From the NCBI GenBank assembly GCA_040954595.2, contig CM082579.2, positions 11,459,625-11,523,624 on the forward strand: a stretch of DNA of 64,000 nt, given 5' to 3'. Under the pieces are notes generated by a model. It had not been told where the DNA came from and made no database searches. It worked only from the letters and a program-made list of their open reading frames with translations. Made by a program: the position numbers and the translations under genes. Positions 38,801 to 52,542 of this stretch are shown in pieces. Each line of letters opens with the position of its first letter. Positions within the stretch are counted from its first letter, which is position 1. Source of the DNA: Balanoglossus misakiensis. Lineage: Eukaryota > Animalia > Hemichordata.

Positions 38801-41800
38801 TGTACCTGTTCTGGATGCCGAGATATAGCAAAGTAGGTCAAATGTCACCTGAGGTCACCCAAAATTTGGGCAAAATTTTTGACCATATACTGATCCATGT
38901 CCCACAAGAACAAAACCTCTAGCCCTATTGGTTAGCCTGGAATTAGGTATGCACATAATTAATGAGATATGCAGGTGTCACAGGTGACCCCCAATTTTGG
39001 CTTTTCAATTTTAGTCCCAACCTTCCAAACGCCAAGTCTGTGCCTGCTCTGGTTGCCAAGATATGGTAAATTAGGTCAAAGGTCACATGAGGTCATGCAA
39101 AATTTGGGCAAGAAATTTTGACCCTATACTGGTCCATGTTCAACAAAAATCAAACCTCTAACCCCATTGGTTAGCCTGGAATTAGGTATGCACATAATTA
39201 ATGAGATAAGCAGGTGTCACAGGTGACCTTCAATTTTGTCTTTTCAATTTTAGTCACAACCCTCCAAACGCCAAGTCTGTACCTGCTGTGAATGCCGAGA
39301 TATAGGAAAGTAGGTCAAAGGTCACCTGAGGTCACCTAAAATTTGGGCAAAATTTTTTGATCCCATACTGGTCCATGTCCCACAAGAACAAAACCTCTAG
39401 CCCTATTAGTTAGCCTGGAATTAGGTATGCACATATTTAATGAGTTAAGCAGGTGTTACAGGTGAGCCCAAAATTTTGCCTTTTATTGTGGTCCCATTCT
39501 GCTCACGGGCCAATAGAGAGTCACTGTACAGGACCATTGCACAGCCAACGTGGACATAGCGTGATAGCTTAACTATAGAAAGTATAGGCCTAAGGCTGGG
39601 TCCAAAAATATGAAAAATAAAAAAATCTTCTTCTCAAAATAGACTTGGCCCACGGCCTTGACATTTGGCATGTAGGACACTGACCACATGGTCTGCAAAA
39701 ATCGCTAAAAGAATTTTGATATCTCCATTCATATGCAAATTAGGCCCATTTGAAAACTTTGCCCATATATGGTCATCAGGTCACATGACTTATTAAACAT
39801 TCACGAGGGTACAGCACCAGCTCTCATAGGCCTGCACCACTGTGCCAAGTTTGACATTTGTAGGTTCAGCCGTTTTCAAGATCCTGTTGGGCAAAAAAAC
39901 GACACAAGAAAAAAAAAAAGAAGAATATAGCTGCAAGCAGCGATGACGGGCCCAAGCTTAAGCCGAAGGTCAAATGTCATAAGTGGTCACCCAAAATTTG
40001 GGCAAGAAATTTTGACCCCATACTGGTCCGTGTCCCACAAGAACAAAATCTCTAGCCCTATTGGTTCGCCTACAATTATGTATGTGCATAATTAATGAGG
40101 TAAAGTGTAAGGCTCCATCAGGAGTTCCATCCCTCCAAATGCCAAGGCTGTAGCTGCTGTGCATGCCGAGATATGGTAAAGTAGGTCAAAGGTCACCTGA
40201 GGTCACCCAAAATTTGGGCAAGAAATTTTGACCCCATACTGGTTCATGTTCAGCAAAAATCAAACCTCTAGTCCTATTGGTTGGCCTGGAATTAGGTATG
40301 CACATAATTAATGAGATAAGCAGGTGTCACAGGTGACCCTCAATTTTGGCTTTTAAATTTTAGTCCCAACCCTCCAAACGCCAAGTCTGTACCTGCTCTG
40401 GATGCCGAGATATAGGAAAGTAGGTCAAAGGTCACCTGAGGTCACCCAAAATTTGGGCAATTTTTTTTTACCCTATACTGGTCCATGTCCCACAAGCACA
40501 AAACCTCTAGCCCTATTAGTTAGCCCAGAATTAGGTATGCACATAATTAATGAGTTAAGCAGGTGTTACAGGTGAGCCCAAAATTTTGCCTTTTATTTTG
40601 GTCCCATTTTGCTCACGGGCCAATAGAGAGTCACAGTACAGGACCATTGCACAGATGTGGACATAGCATCATAGCTTAACTATATAGAAAGTATAGGCCT
40701 ATGGCTGGGTCCAAAAAATATGAAATATAATATTTAAAAATCTTCTTCTCAAAATTGACTTGGCCCAGAGCCTTGAAATTTGGCATGTAGGACACTGACC
40801 ATATGGTCCGCAAAATGATTGCACAGAATTTTGATATCGTCATTCATATGCAAATTAGGCCCATTTGAAAACTTTGCCCATATATGGTCATCAGGTCATG
40901 TGACTAATTACACATTCACGAGGGTACTGCACGAGCTCTCATAGACCTGCACCATTGTGCCAAGTTTGAGATTTGTAGGTTCAGCCGTTTTCAAGATCTA
41001 CCTGAGCAAAAAAACTACACAAGAAAAAAAAAAAAAAAAAAAAGATGAAAAACCCCAGTAATACCAATAGGGCACAAGCCTGCTTGGCTTGTGCCCTAAA
41101 AAAACCCAGTAATACCAATAGGGCACAAGCCTGCTTGGCTTGTGCCCTAAATATAGCTGCAAGCAGCGATGACGGGCACAAGCTTAAGCCGAAGGTCAAA
41201 GGTCATATGTGGTCACCCAAAATTTGGGCAAAAAGTTTTGACCCCTATACTAGTCCAGGTGCAACAGAAACCAGACCTCTAGCCCTATTGGTTTGTCTGA
41301 AATTATATATGCACATAATTAATGATGTAAAGTGTAAGACTCCATTAATAGTTCGATCCATCCAAACACATATGCTGTACCTGTCCTGGATGCCGAGATA
41401 TAGGAAAGTAGGTCAAAGGTCACCTGAGGCCACCTGAAAGTTGGGCAAAAAATTTTGACCCCATACTAGTCCAGGTCCAAGAAAAACCAGACATCTAACC
41501 CTATTGGTTCGCCTAGAATTAGATATGCACATAATTAATGAGGTAAAGTATGAGGCTCCATTAGGAGTCACAACCCTCCAAATGCCAAAGCTGTATCTGT
41601 GCTGGTTGCCGAGATATGGTAAAGTAGGTCAAAGGTCACCTGAGGTCACCCAAAATTTGGGCAAAAATTTTTGATCCCATACTGGTCCATGTTCAACAAA
41701 AATCAAACCTCTAGCCATATTGGCTAGCCTGGAATTAGGTATGCACATAATTAATGAGATATGCAGGTGTCACAGGTGACCTTCAATTTTGTCTTTTCAA

Positions 41801-42584
41801 TTTTAGTCACAACCCTTCAAACGCCAAGTCTGTACGTGCTGTGGATGCCGAGATATAGGAAAGTAGGTCAAAGGTCACCTGAGGTCACCCAAAATTTGGG
41901 CAAAAAATTTTGATCCCATACTGGTCCATGTCCCACAAGAACAAACCCTCTAGCCCTATTAGTTAGCCTGGAATTAGGTATGCACATAATTAATGAGTTA
42001 AGCAGGTGTTACAGGTGAGCCCAAAATTTTGCCTTTTATTGTGGTCCCATTCTGCTCACGGGCCAATAGAGAGTCACTATACAGGACCATTGCACAGCCA
42101 ACGTGGACATAGCGTGATAGCTTAACTATAGAAAGTATAGGCCTATGGCTGGGTCCAAAAATATGAAAAATAAAAAAATCTTCTTCTCAAAATAGACTTG
42201 GCCCACGGCCTTGACATTTAGCATGTAGGACACTGACCACATGGTCCGCAAAAATCGCTAAAAGAATTTTGATATCTCCATTCATATGCAAATTAGGCCC
42301 ATTTGAAAACTTTGCCCATATATGGTCATCAGGTCACATGACTTATTAAACATTCACGAGGGTACTGCACCAGCCCTCATAGGCCTGCACCACTGTGCCA
42401 AGTTTGAGATTTGTAGGTTCAGCCGTTTTCAATATCCTGTTGGGCAAAAAAACGACACAAGAAAAAAAAAAAAAGATGAAAAACCCCAGTAATACCAATA
42501 GGGCACAAGCCTGCTTGGCTTGTGCCCTAAAAACTCCAGCAATAACAGAAGGGGACCAAGCGCCTGAGGGCGCTTGGTCCCCTA
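35862..42584 (-). mobile_element. Nested cluster of four Helentron/HINE-type non-autonomous elements (family A) with ~240-bp internal satellite units
   Basis: Four agctgcaagcagc..ggg(c/a)-caagc-type ends at 35862, 38576, 39925, 41151; four terminal hairpins at 41068, 41119, 42499, 42550; internal taggtcaaaggtcacctgaggtcacccaaaatttgggcaa repeats about every 240 bp. Confidence 0.85.
36831..37567. mobile_element. PIF/Harbinger-type MITE inserted in the outer family A element
   Basis: taa|ggctgcattcacaaacacctc...gaggtgtttgtgaatgcagcc|taa; 21-bp perfect TIR with TAA TSD. Confidence 0.9.
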
Positions 42585-44619
42585 ACAACAACCACTGTCA
42601 TGATAAACAACGTGGTGTCTTGAATTGAGCCGACCATTTAGTTAGCTGTCTCCTACCTTTTAATGTTTCACTATTCAGGGGGTGATTGATTGATCGAGAA
42701 GTCACGTCACGGTGCAGTTGTTGATTTGTAGTATCCGCGTAGATGTTGTTCTTATGTCATGAAATTCTAGTCATGATTCTGATGGCACCAACAGATGAGG
42801 TTATCAACACTGCTTTTATTTATTTTCAAAACAAGATACATGAAATTTATGCTTGTAGTGAAGGACCAAACCAAAACATTTTCAAAACTGTCATCCTTGG
42901 CCAGACCAGAGCCCGTGTAAGGATTAACACCTCTCAGCAACCCATTGTCTATAGGGCCGAGCCTCAGCACCTATACATAAACTGTGTGTATGTGGACACA
43001 AGGCGAATCAAACGATTGATGCTCTGTGTTTACCATAGGCAAATACTGTCTCTCAAACATTTCAAATTTTTCCCCGTGTGAACCTGGAATTAATTTTAGC
43101 CCCAATAGCTGCCAATTAAAAAAAATATTTTCATGATTTTACTTTTGAATGGTTCAATTAAGTGTAAGTTTACTGATGGGTCTACGCAAACAAATCAACA
43201 AACTCTGATTGTGGCTATGTAAATACCAGTATGTAACAGTCAAAGAATAAACAGGTGCCACACCCATTTCTTCAACTGTCTATTGCAAGAGTAGATAACT
43301 ACTGTAGTATGCGCACATTGCTATTAAAATCTCCAGAAAGTCAAACAGTGATATGTTAACAAATCTGGAAAGTGTGAATACAAAGATTTTCTATTTTCAG
43401 ATGGTAACATATAGTACTGCGGAAGCTCAGATGAGCAATGGAAACATTTACATGGCATTATTAAAACAGGCTTGCTTGCAAAATGTGTTTGTGCAGTTTA
43501 TAGTCTACAATCTAACCTCACGGTGTGCTCTGATTGGCTTGCAAGGATTGGCTTGGTTTGGAAGTCAACATACAAGTATACAGGCCAAAGATGTACCGAT
43601 ACATGTCTCTTTGCATACATTCCGAATTTTATCCAGCAATCTACTGGCACCTAGACCCATGTCTAACCATGGATTAAGAGTGTTCAGATAATACATGGGG
43701 GGGGGGGGGGGCATTTTACAAAAATAATCGAAGGTGAAGGTCACATTTTATAAAGCTATATTCTTGTCGATTGAGTGTTACATTATATACAGCTGGAATT
43801 CCATTATATAGTACTGGTAAATTATTATGTTTGCCAATGATACCCAGTTGTGGTCAGGGATAATGGTATTTGCGCAGTTAGATGCACCTGCACTATCTGA
43901 TTTCTTATGTGACCTCCCCATTTGTGTACATTAACTTTTCCATCTGGTAATTAGATTAGAATCAGTGACAAGAAAATTGTTCAGAAAGTAAAATTAGTTT
44001 CAGTCTGGTTGGCATAATCGTTTTGAATATGTTAAAACTTTGAAATACCGGGAACTATGTAGATACCACAGACGACTGCATGAGGTTGGAAGGGGTAAAT
44101 TACAGTCATCTTTCTTATATTTGGACAGAAGAAAATAAACAGTCTCTACATATCCAATGATTTTCATTTCCAAAAGAAGAAAACACAGTTAGAGAAAACA
44201 AAAGTTTTGATTATGGCCTAGTCAGTACTTCTGCTTTTAACCCAACCGAAACCATCACCAGTAAATGTGTGCTATAAGTTATAGACTAAGCCCATCAGGG
44301 CTCCAGACACAACAATGGTGGGAGGAGGGGTAGAGGAGCAGGAGGAGGAGGTTGAGGTCAACTGCCATTTCAATCATTATGCACAAACGGAAAATTTTAA
44401 AACTTTTGCATGAGTGCCGTTGAGCTGCATCAGAGCTATCGTGCTGGGTGGCCAGGATCAGAGCTATCACTCAGTCTCAAAACGAATGCTTTATGGAGCA
44501 CCCACACAACTGTTGCTTATAGTCTATTGTGTCATGAAATCATTTGCCAAATGGGGAAAGTTTGTCAGTATTTGAAAAAGACGTCCACTCAAAGCAGTGT
44601 ACATGCAGTTTTATCTCCT

Positions 44620-44975
44620 TCAGATTCACAATCATTGGCTTCTGATATTAACATATTTTATACAAGGTTTTGACAAGCAAGACTTCTCTAAGGAGTGTGA
44701 CAGGAGGCTGTCCTCCTGTCCACCCCCATGCCAGAATGATGTAGTCATCACTGTATGTGATGTAGTGCAACAGCTCAAGTGTATGAAACCATGCAAAGCC
44801 CCAATGGCCCACTTGGTATTACTGGTCATGTGCTGAAGGCATGCGCGGATGCACTAGGCCCTGTGTTTCAGAATTTGTTTCAACGCGCTATTGATACAGG
44901 CACTCATAATTCCCAAAATTTGGAAGACTTCAACAATTATCCCAGTTCCCAAAATTACTTTTTCTTCAGAGCTTA
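44620..44975 (+). pseudogene. Non-LTR retrotransposon (Rex1/Babar- or L2/CR1-like) reverse transcriptase fragment
   Basis: LASDINIFYTRFDKQDF...KPCKAP/GPLGITGHVLKACADALGPVFQNLFQRAIDTG/IPKIWKTSTIIPVPK, the pre-RT KAxGPDG and IIPVPK motifs, frameshifted. Confidence 0.82.
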
Positions 44976-45774
44976 AGCAACATCCCTATTTTGTCTCATC
45001 TACTCCCATATGTTCAGTCAATAGTAAATCGTAAACGGTAAAGGTACAGATGACACAGTTGCTTGTCTCCTTCATAAATTGTTAAAACACCTTGACATAA
45101 CAAAGCATAACAAAAAACCATAACAACCTTGTATATTTGGGTAGGATTTATGTGACCATTGCAAGCAGGTGGCATGCCTCTATTAAAATTTATCATGGTC
45201 CTTTAATGTGGGAGACTTACATTATACAAATGAGGACTATAGAGAGGGTCACATTGAATCACTTTGGGTACTGTTGATACGACCAAGTTGAGGTGGCATA
45301 CTTGCATCTAAATTTAACATACCCCTTTGTGCAAGGGTTACATTATACAAATTTGGACTAAAACAGAGGGAGGGTAACACTCAAGCTTTCTGCTACTGGG
45401 AGAGATCTGGATTTAACATGACTGATAGACCCAAATTTCTTGTGGCTCTGTCACCTCAGAATAAATGAAAGCTCTGTTAATACAGCAATCAGCATCAATT
45501 CATATTACCCCTACAGTCAGTGCAGACACATAAGACCACACATTTAAACAAATATATTTTTTTTATTTCATAATAAGTAGTGTACACATCTGCATCTGAC
45601 TAAATAAATAAACTAAATAAATAAACTAAATAAATAAATAAATAAACACTGAGTAAAAATGTATGCTAATTAAAGTAAACAAATTAATAAACCTAATTAA
45701 CTAACTACTAAACTTACACTAATTAACCAAATACTGACTAAGTACTTTTTTTGTTGTTTTTGTATTTTTTTAAA

Positions 45775-46132
45775 TTTCTGTCCAAGGTTAAACTAACTAA
45801 ATAACTATCTAACTAATGTATTTTTTGTTTTTGTTTTTTGTATTTTTTTGTATTTTTTATTTCTGTCAAAGGTTAACCTAACTATCTAACTAATGTATTT
45901 TTTTGTTTTTGATTTTTTGTATTTTTTGTATTTTTTTATTTCTGTCCAAGGTTAAACTAACTAAATAACTATCTAACTAATGTATTTTTTTGTTTTTGTT
46001 TTTTTTATTTTTTTTTGTAATTTTTTTATATTTCTGTCCAAGGTTAAACTAACTAACAAACTAACTAATGTATTTTTTGTTTTTGTTTTTTTGTATTTTT
46101 TTTGTATTTTTTTTTTATTTCTGTCGAAGGTT

Positions 46133-46174
<42 letters not shown>

Positions 46175-46206
46175 CTAACTAAAATAAACTTAACTGACTA
46201 ACTAAT
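45775..46206. repeat. Minisatellite (five ~65-85-bp units) followed by (ACTA)n microsatellite
   Basis: tttctgtc(c/a/g)aaggtt..actaact..aatgtatttttt repeated five times, then an aactaact run. Confidence 0.9.
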
Positions 46207-49200
46207 GTATAATGATAATCTAAACTGTTTGAATATTTTTACATATACATGTGTACACTCACTCACTCACCCAGACAGACGAATGGACGGATGGACGGAC
46301 AGACAAAACAAACAAACAGGTGTATCAACTTGGGTATTATGGGGGTTCAGTTTTGGCCATGACATGTTAGGGATTCTGGAGGGCATTTAAAATTCAAATT
46401 CAAAGATCAATGAAAATTTGCATGATCCGTTACCGATTCATGGTAACTTTTCACTGGAGTTTGCACTTGAAAGACAAGGTGCAAAGTAGTTTCTTTTGTA
46501 AACAGGCTACGCCAGTGTTCCCCTATTCAAACTCTTACTCGTATCTTCTTGAGAAAACTATAAAATGTAATGTAACAACAAAATACAGCTCTTTTGGAGA
46601 AAGAGGCTACAACAAAATGTTCCCCAAATGTTTGATTTTCTTAATACGTATCTGAACTGTTGGTCTTTCAAGGCCTTCTAGACTTCACATCTTGGGTTTT
46701 AAATTGAAAAAGACGTTGCGGAATAAACTACAAATACAAACACTAAGTAAAGGTCAGAAAAATTGCATATAAACTGAAGAAAGTATTCGATCAAGAAAAT
46801 GATTACTAACAAATATAAAATAGTAGATTCAAACAATTTGCCGATTTGCCATTCATGCAAATACAGCCAAAGCAAGAGATGTCACACAAAGTGAGCAACT
46901 CTTACATCAAGGTGGAAAGTACAAATGCTGACTGAATGTTTAACCTTATGATTGAATGTTGATGCCATAGGATATTGGATGGTATTGTGAAATGTGTCAT
47001 CTGCAGTGTGTTTCAATACAGCTCCCAGCAGTATTCACTTTGCGTGAATTTCTCACGCCGTCAACCAATTCGTCAGTCTTGTGGGTCATTTGTGAGGTAT
47101 TATGATTAACCCCTGCAACTGTTAATCCAGCAGAGGCAATGTCATTAACAATGAATTGCACATGCATAACTGACTTAGAGGGCCCAGAGGGAAAACCAGT
47201 TTCATTCAAAAACGAAGAATAGCCGGTGCCTTGGGAGGTCTAAACCATGGGATTTGCAACAATAACCCTGTTGTCTCCTTGATATCAATGCATCAGAAGA
47301 AGAATTTGAAAAGCTTGGTGATAAAAATGCAGCAAATATGTAACATGCAAATAAGAGTAGTACCTGTAATGACAGGAAGCCTATGATGGTCTGATAAAAG
47401 AAATTGGCAGAATTGTAAAAGATTTTCCCTGTGATGCATCTTTGGAAATGATTGCTTGCGACAGCATATATTTTATGAACATTTCTTTCATGGATACCAA
47501 AAAGTGGTACTTAAAGAGTGTGACAACCTATGAACAAGGATTAATTCTCAAAATGCTCCCTTTTGTTGAAAGAAGTCTGACACATCAAAGAGTGCATAAA
47601 TATAATGGTAGGCAGTCATACACATTGGCACTTTTGATTTAGTGTAAAGGCAAACTTAACTTTTTCCAAATATTCAGAGGGTATCAAGGACAGATCTAGA
47701 CATTCCTGCCTGCTATTCAGGTTAGGGGTAAGAAGTTAGAGGTTAGATTAGGGTTACGGGGTTAAAGGTTAGGTGTTGAAATAGAAGGCTGCAATGTTCA
47801 AGTGTAACTGTCCTGAAAGCAGTCATCAGAGAATCTGTAAGCGTGCAAGGTCCTGACCAGTAGACTGTGATAATATGTGATTTCTAGACAGCAAGTCATT
47901 CCTTCACTTGGGAACAGTATACTTTTATCATACAAGTAGTTTTTGTTTGTCGATCAGAACTAATCGCTTTGCTTTGTCAAATTTCAATATCAGACAATAA
48001 GTAAGAAACACATAAATGGGAATTCAAAAAAAGTGCTCTCTGGGTTTAAACACTAATACTATCCAAATCACCAATGATAGAAATAAAATTAAACAATAAA
48101 ACAATTTGCTTGTAAATTTGAGGATTTTTACCTGTTGAAATGACCATTTATATTTTTATCTGTCTAGCTGAACTTTAGTGAATATGGTATTTTTTACAAA
48201 TAATTTCAACCGAGGTTGAAAATATATGTAAACACCACTAAATTGTAGGTTTTTTATGTATTTGATTATAAATGCAAACTGTTTACTAAACAGCGAAAAT
48301 GGATACATGGGCTATAGAATTTCAGTCAACATGACAATGCATGTAGTCTGTGACAAATGTAACATTCCATACAAAGTGTCCAGCTATCTCATCATATTAT
48401 CAACGTATTTACTTGCAACACATTGCAGGACGCTACAATCTCTAATGCAAATTTGTTTGCAACATTATGTCTGGCTTTACACCATATGATAAAAGTGAAC
48501 ATGTGTGACTGCCAGATGCTGTTATTTTTCATTTGTCAAGTATACTTGGTCTCATTCATTGACTTGAGGGAGGCTTGCTGTACATGTATATATATGTACA
48601 TATCATTATGATTGATGTTGTTGTAAACATTTTTTGTGAGTCTGTTTCAAGGTCAGGTGAGGTGAGTAACACCTTGATTCATGGGTTGTGTGACTTTCGG
48701 AAACCATCACTTACACTGACAGAGGAATTGTATCGTAAATACAGTATAAATCAGTTGTCCCTAATAATAGCCTTTGTGTAAATTTCCCCTCTCTTTATAG
48801 TGATGCAAGAACAAAAGAAATCATCTCCATAATGAAGATGTATGAGATAGCTGGTGAAGTGCTCAATGCATCCCTTCAGTGTGTGTTCCACAAGATGAAA
48901 CTGTCCCAAGAAGTGGAGGCAGTAGGGATGAGGTGCATTGGCATTCTTCAGTCTCGAGAGACTAATCTGATCTTCATGCTGGGGTGATGCTGTTCTAGAT
49001 CCGGAACAGCGCCAATAAGAGAGCGACAGTCTCTCTGACATTTTAAACAGTTGAAGGCTAAGGAGGATCTGTTTGCCTGGCTTGATATCTTCCTTCTCTG
49101 TCTCTTGACTTCGGAGGTTTGGGCGAGTGTTCTTCAATGTTGGACGTACTGGGTCATTCAGTCTGTGGCTTGGTTCCCTCGACACTATTTCAAATTGTGT

Positions 49201-49249
49201 GCATCATAAATAAGCCAAATGGCCAGAGAGGCCTCCGCAAATAGTGAAA

Positions 49250-52114
49250 AGACACAGCTGTTAAAACCATCTCAATACGTACCAAGAACCATAGACAATA
49301 GTAAAGAGAAAAGAAAGCTGCCATATCATACAGATTCAATATGTAGATCACAAACTGTGAATGGATTGGCTGAGGGATCTGGATCCAGTGAATACATGAG
49401 TAAAAGGATTTGAGAGAAATAAGTAAAGAGAGCTCGTGTCTGGTCGGTTGATGTGGTATTGGCTAGCTGTTCTTGTCTCACTGCTACAAACACTTCTTGA
49501 ATAGGTAGGCTAGTGCTTTCTGGTGATATAGTAAAAGACAGAACTGCATGCAGCTCAGTTTTTTTGTGATGTTCCCACGACACTGAATTAGAATGCTAGG
49601 TATGCAGAAAAAAAAATGGTCTGATCCAAGACTTATAGTGAAGCAAGACGGTTTTCAGGTGATCGTCACCACACCGGTACATTTCACTGCATTTTGAGGC
49701 CAATTCCGAATCTGTACCATCATTGATGGATTTTTTTTACACTAGAGTGATTTGGCCTGAGCAATATCCAGAATAGCAATGACACTGGTGATGTGTTTTG
49801 GTGTTAACTCAATCATCTAACCTAATGACTGCTTTTGATTGGCCACCAGATGAATGTCCAGATAAAGACTTAAGTCACTGGGTAGGATATCCTTAATATA
49901 CGATAGACAATTGAATGAGTCAACATATACTATGATAACCCTAGCTATGGGGACTGTGTGTACTGGCTCTGGATATATATGCTGAGTGATCACAAGATCC
50001 CATTAAAACTTGCCGATTTTGGTAAACGGTTGTCATTAAGTTCAGATGACCAGAGGTCTCAGAAAGATGAAGCTGCTCACAACTTGACAGAGCTGACAAT
50101 ATCAGAGATATCAATGACAATACCGGTAAATGGTGTGTCCCATTAGTAAAGACACAAGGAAGATGATCACTGTGATCATAGGCTGAGGCTGTGAATATAG
50201 TACTTGTAGCTGAGGTATCTAGGTATAACACAGGTGAACGGGGTTGTCTGCACCTCCATAATATCATATATACAGGTACATATATAACCTATGATACATG
50301 TAGTTTTGTTATGTGGAAAGAATAGTAATATTTCCACTGACGACAGAGAACTGGGAATTCTGACAACTGCTAAAAGTATAGGGGCTGGGAGCGCATATTG
50401 GTAGCAAATGGGTAGACACCATGGGAAACCCATTTGTAGTACACCTTTTTCTGCCTTGTAGCTGAATGCCAAGTTAAATTAAAGCTGCAAGCAGCATTGT
50501 CCGGCCCAAGCTCTATTATCTGATCTGATTATTAGATATGCACATAATTAATGAGTAGAAACATAATGCTGTGTTTTATCCCATGAAATATCAAGGTTAT
50601 ATCTATGTTTGGTGTTGATATAGTGTTAAGTAGGTCAAAAGTCACCCAGAGGTCATCCAAAATTTGAGCAGAAAATTTTGACCCATAGTGGTCCATGTCC
50701 AACAAAAACCAGACCTCTAGCCCTTTTGGTTAGCCCGGAATTAGGTATGCACATAAATAATGAGTAAAGCAGGTGTCACAGGTGACCCAAAACTTTGGCT
50801 TTTCATTATGGCCCCATACCGCCAAATGCCAAGGCTGTACCTGCTTTGGATGCTGAGATATGCAAAAATAGGTCAAAGGTCATCTGAGGTCATCCAAAAT
50901 TTGGGCAGAAAATTTTGACCCATAGTGGTCCATGTCCCAACAAAAACCAGACCTCTAGCCATTTTGGTTAGCCCGGAATTAGGTATGCACATAAATAATG
51001 AGTAAAGCAGGTGTCACAGATGACCCAAAACTTTGGCTTTTCATTATGGCCCCATACCTCCAAACGCCAAGGCTGTATCTGCTGTGGATGTCGAGATATG
51101 CAAAAGTAGGTCAAAGGTCATCCGAGGTCACCCAACATTTGGGCAAAATATTTTGACCCCATACTGGTCCATGTATAACAAAAACCAAACCTCTAGGTCT
51201 ATTTGTTCATCATTAATTAGGTATGTGCATATTTAATGAGGTCAGCAGAGGTCAAAGGGGTCATGAAAAGTAGCAAAATTTTATGATCACATACAAATCC
51301 ACATACATCAAAAACCAAACTTATAGCCCTATTGGTTAGCCTGGAATTAGATATGCAGAAAAATGATACGTCAAAAGTAGGTCAAAGGTCATTGCCAAAA
51401 TTACCAAAATATTTATAGCTAATTCTTGTCATATGATGATTCATATCCATAAAAAGAATTTCTGTGCTATCAATGTTTAGGCTAGAAAGGGAATTTTTAC
51501 TTTTTAATCGATTTTCACAAAATCCAATATCCATAATCTTCGACCAATCACATTCCCCTTCGCAAACTTGATAGACATCTGTTTAATGACCACACACACC
51601 AAATCTTGTGACTCGGTTATCGCCCGTTCTGGAGAAGAAGATTTTTGAAGTTTTACTATGGTTTTTCGAAAATCCAATATGGCCGCCATAATCTTCGACC
51701 AATCACAATGATCTTCGCAAACTTGATAGACATCAGTTAGGTGACCACATACCCCAAATGGCGTGACTCGGTTATCGCCGGTTCTGGAGAAGAAGATTTT
51801 TGAAATTTTGACCAGATTTCAGAAAAACAACTGTAGCAAAAAAACTGCAACATTGTCAGCATAATATCCAATTACAAAAATGATGGGCATAAGGTATACT
51901 AGCTGCACACCAAATTTGAAGTCAATCTGACTTGTAGTTTCTGAGATCTGAATTATTTCAGAAAATCCAATATGGCCGCCAGGTCACGTGACTAATTAAA
52001 TATTCACGAGCCACTGCACATCTACTCATTGGCCCCTATCTGCCTACCAAGTTTCAGCCTGGTTGGTGCTGCAGTTTTTGAGATTTAGGTGGCCGAAAAA
52101 TGGAACCAAGAATA

Positions 52115-52146
<32 letters not shown>

Positions 52147-52400
52147 CTGAAAAACCCCAACGAAACCAATAGGGCCCAAGCGCTGGTATGCGCTTGGGCC
52201 CTAATTAAACTGTCCTCCAGGTGGAACCCTGTTGTGATCCATGATTGCAGCATCCCCAAATGGCATGCTGTAACACTTGACGCCGATGAATAGGGATATA
52301 TGTGACATAGCTGCATCTCAGAAGCCCACGTGCAGAAGTCAGCAAAGTGATAGAGCATGTCTGTTACGTAGATCAGCCATTCACTTCTTCAGTCGGTAAA
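49250..52400 (-). pseudogene. Possible decayed SLC35G/EamA-like transporter sequence, split by the element at 50479-52204
   Basis: Broken frames LLTSARGLLRCSYVT / SLFIGVKCYSMPFGDAAI (~52240-52350) and AVRQEQLANTT..RALFTYFSQILLL..NPFTVC (~49350-49490) resemble EamA repeat motifs; many stops. Confidence 0.33.
50479..52204 (-). mobile_element. Single complete Helentron/HINE-type element (family A relative)
   Basis: ttaaagctgcaagcagc..ggcccaagc at one end; ~240-bp core repeats; (GAAA)n; hairpin tagggcccaagcgc-tggtat-gcgcttgggcccta 52170-52203. Confidence 0.85.
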
Positions 52401-52542
52401 ATCAGTGATGCACAATGCTGCAAACCTCACTCAAGTGATATTGCTAGATTTCAAGTAATCTGCAAATACAAACCATGATGCTAAGTGGACAAGGGTGCAT
52501 TATCATAGCTGTGTCGGTAGCTCCACTCATAAAGATTCTGCA

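Noticed and set aside
38576-42530. Regular repeats superficially like a CRISPR array
   Set aside because: Units are ~240-bp contiguous tandem repeats with no unique spacers, in eukaryotic DNA with no cas genes.
48751-49185. 144-aa minus-strand ORF
   Set aside because: No recognisable domain and no supporting splice sites; lies next to decayed sequence.
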